DNA of 64,000 nucleotides, from NCBI GenBank assembly GCA_040285855.1, contig JAUFOQ010000005.1, forward strand, positions 1,922,001 to 1,986,000, in the 5' to 3' direction. The notes below the pieces were generated by a model. That model ran no database searches. It saw only the letters and a program-made list of their open reading frames with translations, and was not told where the DNA came from. This DNA is from Eukaryota sp. GEM-RC1. Taxonomy: Eukaryota. Shown one piece after another: positions 12,701-23,652 of this stretch. The translations under genes were made by a program, and so were the position numbers. Positions within the stretch are counted from its first letter, which is position 1; each line of letters opens with the position of its first letter.

Positions 12701-13636
12701 AGAGACGGAACAAACGTAAAGTCAACATTCAGATAAAAAAAAGAGAACGGGAAGACTTAACAGAAGATATGGAATTGTTAAGACAATTTTTAAAATTTTG
12801 GAAGAAATTGTTCTCAATATAATAAAGAAAGACACGACGGAAACGCAAAGAACGAGGACACAAAAAATCCAGAAATAAAACGAATCTGAATATTGCAAAA
12901 CATTAAACAAATTACAATCGGAATTTAGAAATTGAAATTGTACAGATTCTGGGTGAGTTGTGTAAATCTTTCCACTAAATTCAGAAAACACATTGGAAAC
13001 TAAAGGCATCTCCAAGTCACAAACAGAAGTAAAAACGTCATCAGAAACGTCATCAGCAGAAGTGAATAACAGTCCACAAAGAGAGTCTAGGTCTTTATTG
13101 GGAGAACTCAGATATAACTTTGGACGACAAATTTCGTTTTCCCAAAGCAAACTAGAACTAAACGGGATTTTAGCCAAAAATGAAAGGATATTTGAAAACT
13201 TTTGTGTTGAAAAGTACACAATTGATACACAATTTGGTTGAAGTTCGTAAACTTTGGAAGAAACCGTATCGTTAAAAAAAGTCAAGCTAACGTCATCACA
13301 ATCAGGAACTGTGACCTCTTGCTGCTGGTGAATATCATTATAGATAGAGATGGAAGTAGATTCAGAAGAAGACGATGGGAGAAAGACAAGATCGAGAGAT
13401 GGAGGTACTGGAAAAACAACATGCGGTGTTTGATGTAGACTCCCATTAAGAGAAAAGGACAAGGGATAGCTACTTTCAATAGAGACGAATGTTGAGGTTT
13501 TACAGTCTAAATGAACATCAATGACATCTGAAGAAAGTTCAAAAACAACACTATCATTAGCAAGATGAAAGGTTCTGTTGATGGAAAACGATGAAACAAG
13601 AGCAAAAAGTAGACTATAGGCGATGAGGTTCATCAT
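9722..13636 (-). CDS. Large multi-pass GT2 processive glycosyltransferase (chitin/hyaluronan/cellulose synthase-like) with long N-terminal luminal domains; one intron, two homopolymer frameshifts
   Basis: Signal peptide MMNLIAYSLLFALVSS. Motifs GNK, MDDD, QDFEY, CPSGALS, GED (after splicing 10426-10453) and QRVKSW (QxxRW-like), followed by TM helices. ORFs 12722-13741, 11569-12663 and 10422-11525 join after single-base corrections at T-runs near 12740 and ~11620. Confidence 0.75.
10426..10453 (-). other. 28-nt spliceosomal intron
   Basis: GTATGGTAGATGCTCTTACTAACTATAG. Removal gives F-H-G-E-D, restoring the catalytic GED motif and joining two ORFs. Confidence 0.9.
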
Positions 13637-13697
13637 CAATTGAGAATTGTGCATACTGGTCTGGTAATTTCGACCAACTAGAAGAATCCTTCCAATT
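13637..13697. promoter_or_regulatory. Putative minimal bidirectional promoter
   Basis: Only 61 bp separate the divergent ATGs of the GT2 gene (13636, -) and the TmcB-like gene (13698, +). Confidence 0.5.
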
Positions 13698-16600
13698 ATG
13701 GACTCCACCTCCATCAATTCAATGTATGCTTCCTTCCCCATAATCTCAGTCGACGTACATATTCAAACACAAAGGAATCTTTTTTCCGCGTTGCCTTCCA
13801 TATATCCAATCACAAACGACGCGATTTTCTCTCACTTCTTCTTGTCACTCTTCAGTTTCTACAGATAATTGGTTTAGTCATAAATCCTCTTCTGACTGAA
13901 TGGCATTCTATTTTTGATCCACGGTCATTCCTTAGTCTGTTAACGATTCCTGTCTACTACAAGTCCTATGATCTACCTATTCTTCTGTATGGCTACTTTT
14001 CCTCAGCTGTAGTTCTAATAGTCTTGGCACTTTTCTTATACTTCACACACATTTCCTTTATCCCAGATTCTGCCTTATCCCGCACCCTCTCCTTCTTATA
14101 CCATTCCTTATCCACCGTCTTATTCCTTCCTACAGCCTCCATCCTACTCTCATCTCTGTCATGCCAGTCCAAACACAACTCCTTATTCTCCTTTGGCTTT
14201 CCCACTGACCAGTGTTGGGCTTTTCCCTCAATCCTCTCAAGATCTCTCTTCTTCATCTCCCTTCTACTCCTCTATCATTATGGTATGTTCTTTAATCGCT
14301 GCTTGTACCCATTTAGTCCTCTTTGTAAAAAGGTTTGGTGTAGAAGTCACTCGAAATTCAATGTATTTTTATTCCATTCGAAGGTGAGTTTATTGCTAAT
14401 TAGATTTCTACTTCCACAGCGACAGTATCTTTTTCATTTCTCTTACATGACTCTTTCTATCGTTATTACTTTACTGTTCTCTCTCTATGTTCCATTCTAT
14501 CAACTGAGGTCCAATAGAAAGTTTTCCTTTTTGTGTGGAATTTGGTGTGGTGTTGGAATCCCATGGTTTCTTCATGTTTACTTCCTCCCATCCATACCTC
14601 TCCTTAATACCCTAATGTTTCTGTTTTCCATGTTGAGTGGGGGTTTAATTGCTTCGTACATTGCAGTTAAAAGATATAACTACTTCACTTCCTTTGTTAA
14701 AAAATCAAGATCACCCAAGTTTGAACGCCGTTCTTCCTTCCTTCACCAGATACACTCCCCACGGCATCTTGTTTCCAGCTCCCTCTAACTCTCTGGGGCT
14801 TGATATTTCCATCTTTATTCCTGATTTTGGTAGTGATGCAACTAGTGCAATTACGGAGGTGGAAGAGATGCCTGATCCTAAGTGGATATTTGTGATTGAG
14901 CTGTATACACGTTTTCTCTTTCCTAAACCGGAGAATTCTCCTTTTAAAGAGCTAGGATGTGTTGTTTTTGAGCGATGTAAGGAGAAATATCCTGAAAATC
15001 CGGATTTTCTATTATTGTGGACTATTTTTGATGTATTTGTAAGAAATAATGTCAAGCACAAAATTTATTCACATTTTAAAAATTCAGATATTGAAGCTTC
15101 TTTCTTTCAAAAATATTTGGCATATGCAATACAAGCTCAAATTTCTTCGATTAGGGAAGTTATTGAAATTTCCACTCCACGTGAGGGTCAAAATCAATCT
15201 GATCTTCTATCAAAATTGAAGGAGGCTTATGATCTACACGAAAAATGCCTTCTGTTTATGTTCTGTTTTTGGGATTCAATATTTACTGATAATTCAAATA
15301 TTCGATTGCTTCCAGAATTAGCTGAAAAATTAAATTTAGCCATCGCTGATGCTGAAAGTGTATTTGACTTTTTGCTGTGTAATTACCCTGAAAACAAAGA
15401 TGTATTAAAAGCATTTGCAAAGTTTGCAAAAGATGTACTTGAGGACGGAGAATTGGCAATGTTTTATATGGAACAGTTAGATTATGCAGATGCCAGTGAA
15501 AACTCTAGCGTAACCTCTCTTGTTCGAAATTTTAAAAATTCTGAAAATTATCATTTTTTATCTCAACACCGACAAAAGAAGAAATCTCAAAAACTGAAAA
15601 TACGGCGGTCAAAATCAGTCGTCAGACGATCTAGGTATGGGGTTCATGCTTTTTTTAATTTTGTTTTCCATAATTGGTTTGATTTGTTGGGGGTCTGTTG
15701 AAATTAATCTGCTTAAATATGATTCTAAAATCCAAACGTTTGTATCAAGCAATGATTTGTTTGCAATCTTGAATCAGGTTCCTTCCTATTTCACTGGTCT
15801 TATACACTACGATAATTATTTAAAAAATTACAACAATTTTTCAAGTTTTTCAAAATTTGCCATGAACTCTACTATTTCTCTGCCCAATCTAATCAATGAC
15901 GTTTTTCTTTATACCTTTCAAAAGCCTCCAGTGTTGTCTGAATTGTTTCCAAGATCTCTATCTGATTTATGTGTACTTAGCTCCTTCAAAGCCAATCTAG
16001 TTTTATTTGCACCCGTATCTTCCTACCCTACCATGTTCACTCCTAGCTCTACTTCCTTTTGGCATTTAATCATCACTGTTCTTCGAGCCGCCACTAACTT
16101 CTTTGATAAGTTTTCATTTTACAAGAATCTTATTTCCCAGTGCTCACCTCTTGACCAGCCCAGTAGTCTCTTCTGTATCTCTCTCAATGCTTTAATTGAT
16201 AACATTAATGCTCTTAATTCTGGAGCCAATCAATTTCGTATGATGACGTTAACTTCCCTTGAAAAGATACTGAGGGATTTAGTGTTTGTTCCTGTTGTTA
16301 GTTTGGTGTCTTGTCTAGTGTTGTTCTGTTTATGTTTGGTGTTTTTCAAGGTGCTTTCTTATAGGTCAACTAAAATGAGAGTTCAAATTTTAAATTTGTA
16401 TGCGGAAATTTCGAGATTATGGTTGCAACGGTTGCTAGTCGATCCAAAATTCGCTGCAGTTTCGCGTAATTTTAAAAATGTCGAACTCAAGTCTAGTGCT
16501 ACTGAACTTCTTTCGCTAGATGATATTCAAAACATTTGTTCAGAAGATTTATACAGCTTTCGGTCAGATTTAACTTATTCTGAGTCTTCAAGTATGAATT

Positions 16601-19082
16601 ATAGTGACTCTGATGTTGTCTTTACGTTAACGTTCAAAAGCTTGCGATATTCTTTAACACGTCGTCATTGTTGGATGTTTTGGCTGTGTCTATCTTTTTG
16701 GTTTCCTTTTATACTATTATTTTGGTGATATTTTTTGTTCCATCTTTGTCATCTCCTTTATGTTTGCAAATTCAACGTATTTCTGATCAATTTGATATGC
16801 ATCATGATATTTCAAATATTTTGACAGAATCTGTCAAAATGTTTTCTTCTACAATGTCGTTCTATAATACTGGGGATATTTCCTTTTTTCAAAACTATTT
16901 TCAAATAAGAGAAAAAAACTCAGTCAAAATCTTTACTGAGAATTACTCCCGTTTGATCTCTACTTTTAATTCAACTGCTGATTTGTTTCGATTGTTTCCT
17001 ATCAGAGGTCAAATATCGCATATAGAACATGTAATTCTCTTTTGAGTTCCAAACGATTCAACATTTCCAAAGATTATATACCACAAATTTCAAATTTTTC
17101 ATATGATATTTACCAAGAAACGCATCGCGTTTCCACTCTATATTCTTACGTTCATTCATTTTACTACAATTCGTCTTCTACTGATCAACTTCTTTCATCG
17201 TCTGACTTTAGTCTACTGGTTTCTGAACTCGTGACTGGAAAAAGATTTCTAATGTTGTTATCTGAGTTTTCCCAAACTTGTTACGACATCTTTTCAAATT
17301 TCTTTGTTTTTAAGAATTCCAAATACCTTCCGTTTTTGAATCAATTAGAATTTAATTCTTTGTTTTTGATTGTTTCATTTGTAGTTCTGCTATTCTTCTT
17401 TTCTTTTCTTCGTATATCCCTAAGCAAAATTCGATCTTTTCAAAACATGAAGTTTATTGTCAAGTTTTTACTCTACTTCTCTCTAGTTACCACCTTCATT
17501 TTACTTGCTTTAGCCATCACTTCTTTAGTTGTGATTCGTAAGTCTCAAGATATTGTATCTGATGCTAATCAGTTTGTTCTACTGTCAACTGAATTGCAAC
17601 AGTGTTTTCATGATTTAAGATTCCAGTCACAACAATACGTGTTATCAAGAGATATCAAGTTTCTCTACGGATTTATGACCGATTTTGAGCGAATCAATAA
17701 TATTCTCACCAAATATTCGACATTTTTCAAAAATCCAAATGATACTAAATTCAAAACATTTTCGCAGTACTTGAATGAATATTTCCACATTCATTTTATT
17801 TCATTTAAAATATTTGCACATGCTACAAATCAACCTGATTTATTGAATCATTTCCAATTATTCAATACTTTAATTTGGAATTTTAAAACTGATTCATTTT
17901 TCTTTTTTTTTCAAGGACGTTGTATTTCAAACTGATCACCAGCTACCCCTATTTAATACTACTGACTATGATTTACACCATCGATCATCTAAAGAGCAAT
18001 TGGTCATATCTAAATTCCTTTTATTTGGCCCAATTATTAGTCAATCATCAAATGAGTTAAATGAGCTTATTTCGGCTCTCAAAATCAGTTATCAGAATGA
18101 ATTACTTACAAAATTTAAATTTCTCTCAAATTTGTTCAGCTACTTAGGCTTAGCTACTTCTGTTCTGACGTTAGTACTCACCACAATCTTTCTTGGTATT
18201 CTATCACTTTCTCTCTATGTTTCCAGGCGAATGACGTTTACAAACGACTCACCATTTGAACCAGTTACCCACAAGAATATCACAACCAATTCATTTTTAA
18301 AATCAGTGTCAATATCGACTTTGATTATCGTTTTGTTTTTCGTGTTTTACATCATATTTATTCTTCTTAATGTTTCTTCAATCAAAGATTATCCATTTGA
18401 ATTGAAGCAAGTTTCCCAACGAAGTTCTTTAATCGCAACAGTCAATGGAATTCTGATGAGCCTTACTACTCACTCGTATACTGCCCCACAATCACGTCAT
18501 CGATTAAAAGAGCTCATTAATGAACTGAGTGACCTTCATTCTTCTATATTGTTTACCAAATTTGGTCATTTAGAACCTACTGCTGGTCGTTACTTGTATC
18601 AAAACGATATTCTTTTTGATTCAAGATTTAATGATGATTCAGTTGACTTTAATGGACTTCATGCCTCGATCACGAGGTTTATTGAGCTGATGGAGTCTCT
18701 AGTGGCTCAAAATTTTAATAATTTTAATTCTGATCAGCTTATTGAACTTTTTAATTTGGTCCATGGATTGCAAAATTTGTCGAGCGAATCAGTTTCTGTA
18801 TATAAGAATGAAATCGATGAGAGACTTAAATCGTTTATATTATTCAACAGAATTTTAATTTTTGTGTTTTTCATTTTAGTTTTATTGAATTGCTTTTACG
18901 TCTTAAAACATTCACTTTTACAATTGGACAAGGACGAACAAATGAACGTCGACTTAATTCATATGTTTCCAAGTGATGTTATTGATGATTCTAGAATTAT
19001 TCGAACTTTCTTGAAAAAAATTTCAGAAGATAGCAACTTTCCTCACACCTCATCCACAGACTTGATTATCCTTGAGAAGTGA
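13698..19082 (+). CDS. TmcB/TmcC (tiny macrocysts)-like giant multi-pass membrane protein; one intron, several frameshifts
   Basis: N-terminal TM bundle (QFLQIIG, PFYQLRSN), helical region FWDSI..AESVFDFLLCNYPENKDVLKAFAKFAKDVLED, and C-terminal TM pairs ending LIHMFPSDVI. Consecutive same-strand ORFs overlap or abut from 14024 to 19082. Confidence 0.7.
13724..13749 (+). other. 26-nt spliceosomal intron
   Basis: GTATGCTTCCTTCCCCATAATCTCAG. Removal puts the ATG at 13698 in frame (MDSTSINSIRRTYSNTKESFF) with the open frame running to 14788. Confidence 0.75.
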
Positions 19083-19231
19083 AACTGTTGTCTCTGCGAG
19101 ACACTTGCTCTATTCAGTATTGGTCACTGTATTTTCTTCGACTTCTAACCAAACCAAATCTTTTAACCAAATATTTAGATTTTTCTATCGTTTTTGTGTT
19201 CGTTTTTCGTTTATTGTGCCCTAACGAATCT

Positions 19232-19876
19232 TTAAAGGTAACTTTCAATTATTGTTGATAAATATTCCCCTAATCTCCTATAACTATCCCCATTCAAATG
19301 AACGCCATCTACCAGTTCAGCAGAAGTTTCATTGAACCAACTAACGAAATGACAGTTGATATCTTCAGAACATAAATCTTGGTAACACTTGTTAATATCC
19401 TTTATCAACAAATCTGTATCTTTCCTTACTTCAATGCCTGAAACTTGGTCACAGTTGATAGGCGGAAGTTCTAGTATAAACAATTTGCATGAGCTTTTAG
19501 TGTAACTGTTGATTCTATCTTTCAAAAGTTTGAAATGAGTGGCAATGGTATCAACAGATGAATGCAGAATGAGATCATTAGTACCACCCATAACGATAAC
19601 AACATCAGCGTCCTTAAAAACTTTCTTGGTAACGAGAGAAGAGATTGCGGAAACTGTGTATCCGGGGAAAGCACGGATGATCACAGATGCGTTCAAGGAA
19701 TCAGGAAGAGATATGTAATTTCCGTAAGCTGTGTTCATGTCATTGCGACCAGGAGAAGTCCAACCAGCCGTCAAAGAGTCACCTAAAGTAACTATCAACA
19801 TGCATGTCTGGTGAGAATTCATCTCCGAAGAATTTGACCTACTGGGGATTTCGTTTTGGATGCATAAACCTCCCAT
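19232..19876 (-). CDS. SGNH/GDSL hydrolase (lipase/acylhydrolase)
   Basis: Block I LGDSLTAG, block II AFPG, block III GGTNDL, block V DGVHLN. Confidence 0.9.
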   Translation of the reverse strand: MGGLCIQNEIPSRSNSSEMNSHQTCMLIVTLGDSLTAGWTSPGRNDMNTAYGNYISLPDSLNASVIIRAFPGYTVSAISSLVTKKVFKDADVVIVMGGTNDLILHSSVDTIATHFKLLKDRINSYTKSSCKLFILELPPINCDQVSGIEVRKDTDLLIKDINKCYQDLCSEDINCHFVSWFNETSAELVDGVHLNGDSYRRLGEYLSTIIESYL

Positions 19877-21677
19877 TCATTGTTTGTCTTTTCCCCAACA
19901 TTTATTTTCCCCGTTCTGTTTTTCAGTTTTTCATCCTCTCTTATGGTTTTGCTGTTATGTCTATATCATACACGGAACATTCATCTAGATCCTGACGGTC
20001 TCAATCCTTTTCGTAGAACATACTCTGCTGTTCATCTCAATAAAGGCGTATCTGATCCGGTGAAGTTCTTATCTTACTTTCACGTCTGAACTTTTCGTGA
20101 ATCTCTGATTCTTCTTTTCATAGTTTTGCGAAAGAAGGCGAGAAACATGATTCAACAGATTTTTATTCGCCATGACCACTTCTGGCGTGTCTTCCATGAT
20201 CTCTCTTGATGAAGTTAAGAGAACCAAAAGTTCTTGTCTTGATTCATACATGTACTGCTACATGTTGAACTTTGTTTCTGCATTTATGTAAAATTAATTT
20301 CAAGTGATCTTAAGCTTATGACTTGCACTTCCAACAAAAAAGAATGGCAAGCTTTGACTGTTTATCTCTTTCTTCCAACACTTATATATCCCAAATTTAT
20401 CACCATCACTAAACAATCTTCACAAGAACTGCCCGCAACAACACAGGTCTTCAATTGTTGTCAGATTGGCTTGCTGCCACCTCTCCCTTAATAATCCTTC
20501 TTCCGCACAACATGTACTGGATCCGTTACTTCGGTGATTTGTTGTGAATACCAGATCCATAGGACTTCATCCCATCAGTTCTCTGGTCTTTGATCATGAC
20601 GAATTCCTCGACGGACAAGAGGACGTACTGATCCATGAAGAAGAAGAGGAGCTCCTTGACAGTGTTCTAAAGTTGTCCCTTGTTGATGGTCTTGAAATGG
20701 AAGACCTTCTTATGAACATCTCCCCCTGATGATGTCTGTAACTGCTGGTTTTGAAGTTGTAGCCTTTCCCCTTTCCTATATTGGTGCTTTCAGGTCCGTC
20801 CTTGACCTTTCTCGCTCTTATATCGCCCTCTCCGTTAACACTAGTTCTCTCCTTCTCTCATCCATCCATTTAGCAGATATGTGAGAGATTATTGGTATTT
20901 GCTGATGATTGAGTGTTTAGCAATATTTTTCCTCAATCCCACCACTTAAATTTGGACGAAGATTACCCGTAGTGGTACATCCGTACCATCTTCAATTCAT
21001 CACAATAGTCATAGTTTGTTGGTTTATTTATCATAAAAAGCTAGTTACCAAACCAGTAGTATCTCCCTCTACTCGTCAATAATATTTGATTGTTTTGATT
21101 GATTGGCGAGTGAAGAAAGTCTTGGTCACTTCTCGGTTGTTTCAATGTTAGTTATTGAACAACTTATGTTTATTTCTAAAAAAAATTAAGATTATATTCA
21201 AGCAATATCTTCAAAAATAACTGGAATGACTCGACAAACACATGATATACATCATAGAGGCTCTGGAAATACTCTAGAGGAACACTGGACTCAAAATCTC
21301 GTTTAATTCTCTTGTTTAATTAATTCTGTCAAGAGATTCCTGTGGAGTCACATCAAGGAATATAATGCTGTTTCTCTTTCTCATAAAATTAGCCATGTTG
21401 TTAAACAAGCGGAGATAGGTTTCGCAGCCATGTTATTCCAAGAGTCCTGAGTCTGAGAGCATTTTGGCAAAGACGGAGTCCTTATAGATTGTTCAGTCTC
21501 TAATGGAACCACTGATGGAGCCGAAAGATGCCGAACTGAATACCATAGCAATTAAAAACCATCTCAACTACTCAGCAACTGGTGTCCACAGATGGTAATT
21601 TACAAATACACTATAGAACAAACGATTGTGATAGAGGTTACATAAAATACATCAAATTCTTCAATTATTTAACTTTG

Positions 21678-23509
21678 ATGACTGTCGCCAAAAAAACCAC
21701 TGTCGCGTCATCTATTTCCCGTTTCTTCGGAGTGCCAGCTCAAAAAGCCATGGAGCGGCAGTTCCGCCACGTCAGAACAGTTGCTGTCCAGAGCACCCTC
21801 CTTGCTCGACTGTTCGTGCTCCAGCACAAACACTTGGCGTACTGGCTGACTGAACATCAGTACTGGTACCAGTGTTTTGACTTTGTTTGTCTAGATCCGT
21901 CCTCCCCGACGATGCCAGTACGGGAACCTTTTAGTGAGCACACTGAGGTGTTCAATGCTCTTTTAAATTCTACAGACCGTCCAGGCTGGCCGTTCCCTCC
22001 TATTGGCCGGGACAAACCCCCATGCAAGGAACGGAGGTGTCCCATCAACTGGGCATACTCGGACCTATTTAGTGCAAGAGCACTTCAACTTGCAGCTGCC
22101 TTTCAGCAGCTGATGACGGATGGCTTGGTTAGTTGGAAGCTTAACTTCTTTCGAACCACAGCTACCTACTGTCTTTGTCCCTCTCCAAAGCAGTACGCTT
22201 CTCTTGTTCTACGTGGCTCTGAGCCACCGCAATCTCTTCTTCCTTGGTGGACCACTTGGCACCACCAGATTGTTGACATCTTCAACAATCAAGTTATGGA
22301 CCCAGAACGAGTGGATGCCCTTTTGACCACTCCAATGACTGACTTAACTCCGTCCAATGTCAACTTCATCTTTGAAGTTGCATTTAATCTTCTCCTCCAC
22401 TTGGAGAGGGTTGAACCCACCAGAATGCGTCGGCAGGCTCTTACGCCCATGGCATCTTATTCACCTGGCTTTCTTCCCTTCAGCCAGGCTACTCAAAAAC
22501 ATTTCCAAAATTATAATACTCGAAAGGTTTTATTAAAAAATCCACATGATGTTTTTAGAAAGAAGAAATTTGAGACTTATACAATTTCCTCTGATGGAGT
22601 CTCATTGAGATTCACTTTCTCAATGAAGCCTAAAAAAGACTAAAAGAGGCGAACAAAGGCCGAGTTGGAGCTGGTGGAGAAACCTGCTCAACGGCCTTCA
22701 AAGACAAGAAAAAGGAAGAAGAACCTTCAAAGTAAGGTTGTCCGTTCTCCTCCTAAGAAGAAGAAGAAATCTGAGGTGTCTGAAGTACTACCACTTCTGG
22801 ATGAAAGTGTTTTATTTTGGGCTATTGACCCCAACCACAGCAATCTGTGTGGTTGGTCGGTGGGTTCACTTAATGGCCCAGTTGAAGCCTCTGGGATTTG
22901 TTTGTCCCCAAAACCGAAAAAAATTAACCATGCCCCTGCTCTCACTCACACAACAGCGAATACTTGTATCGTTGAGAACTTTAAACTGTATCTCATCGAA
23001 TTAGCTTCTCACGTTGTGGATGTCCAGATGAGCAAAACTATACTACAAAGACGGTTTATTGAAGGAAACAGACGATCTTTACGACGAAATAATTTCGACT
23101 TCTATATAAGACGACAAAAAGATTCGATTTACTACACCAGAAAATCAATACTATAGCTGATGGCCGGACAATTAGCATCTGGTTTGGCAAAGGCGGAGAT
23201 GGACCATCAAAACAAAAGGTCAAAGCGCCTAGAAAGCGATTCTTGACTTATCTACAAAGATCGCACAATGTGGTGATGGGAGACGAGTTTTATACTTCAA
23301 AAAAGGTGAACTGCTGTAAGGTTGTCCACTAAAAATTGTATCACATGGTGAATGGCGAGAGGAGAGTGAACAATTCCAAGTTCACATGTCCTCTTTGTTT
23401 GCAAGAATGGTCGCGAGACATCTCAGCATCTCGAAACCAACTAGAGATCGCAATCAGCGAATTCTTCTTCGGGATTAGACCTGAAGCGTTCAGAAGACCT
23501 GAACGTTAG
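21678..23509 (+). pseudogene. Fanzor1 (eukaryotic TnpB/Cas12-like RNA-guided RuvC endonuclease), disrupted
   Basis: ISSDGVSL, RuvC-I WAIDPN, IWFGKG, RuvC-II VVMGDEFYTSKK, zinc finger NCC..CPLC, RuvC-III WSRDISASRN, C-terminal RPEAFRR. In-frame TAA at 22641-22643 and 23330-23332; frameshift at the A-run ~23116-23120. Confidence 0.88.
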
Positions 23510-23621
23510 TGAAGAATATTTCATGTATTGGCCGATGAAGTTCAAGTTACCTTGAATGGAGGCCGTAATGTGGTGCTTCCTCAGAAAAGGGGTGTGTATG
23601 AAGAAGCTTTCTTTGAAAGTG
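23510..23621 (+). ncRNA. Candidate Fanzor omegaRNA scaffold
   Basis: Lies between the Fanzor stop and the candidate right end. Hairpins TTCAAG-ttac-CTTGAA (23541-23556) enclosed by GGCC/GGCC, and CTTTC-ttt-GAAAG (23607-23619). Positional inference; expression not shown. Confidence 0.45.
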
Positions 23622-23652
23622 TAAAGTATCCATTTCTTGAAAAATCCACAGT

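Larger units (their letters stand above)
21609..23621 (+). mobile_element. Putative non-autonomous Fanzor-carrying DNA transposon
   Basis: TA|CACTATAGAACAAAC ... CTTTCTTTGAAAGTG|TA: imperfect TIR (10/15) with TA on both sides, tightly bracketing the Fanzor ORF. No transposase inside. Confidence 0.5.

Noticed and set aside
14384..14403. 20-nt intron candidate GTGAGTTTATTGCTAATTAG
   Set aside because: The frame reads through as plausible TM sequence, removal would shift the frame, and the branch spacing differs from the three supported introns.
19880..21580. Gene or element between the SGNH hydrolase and the Fanzor
   Set aside because: Only short broken ORFs with no recognisable domain; no model can be supported.
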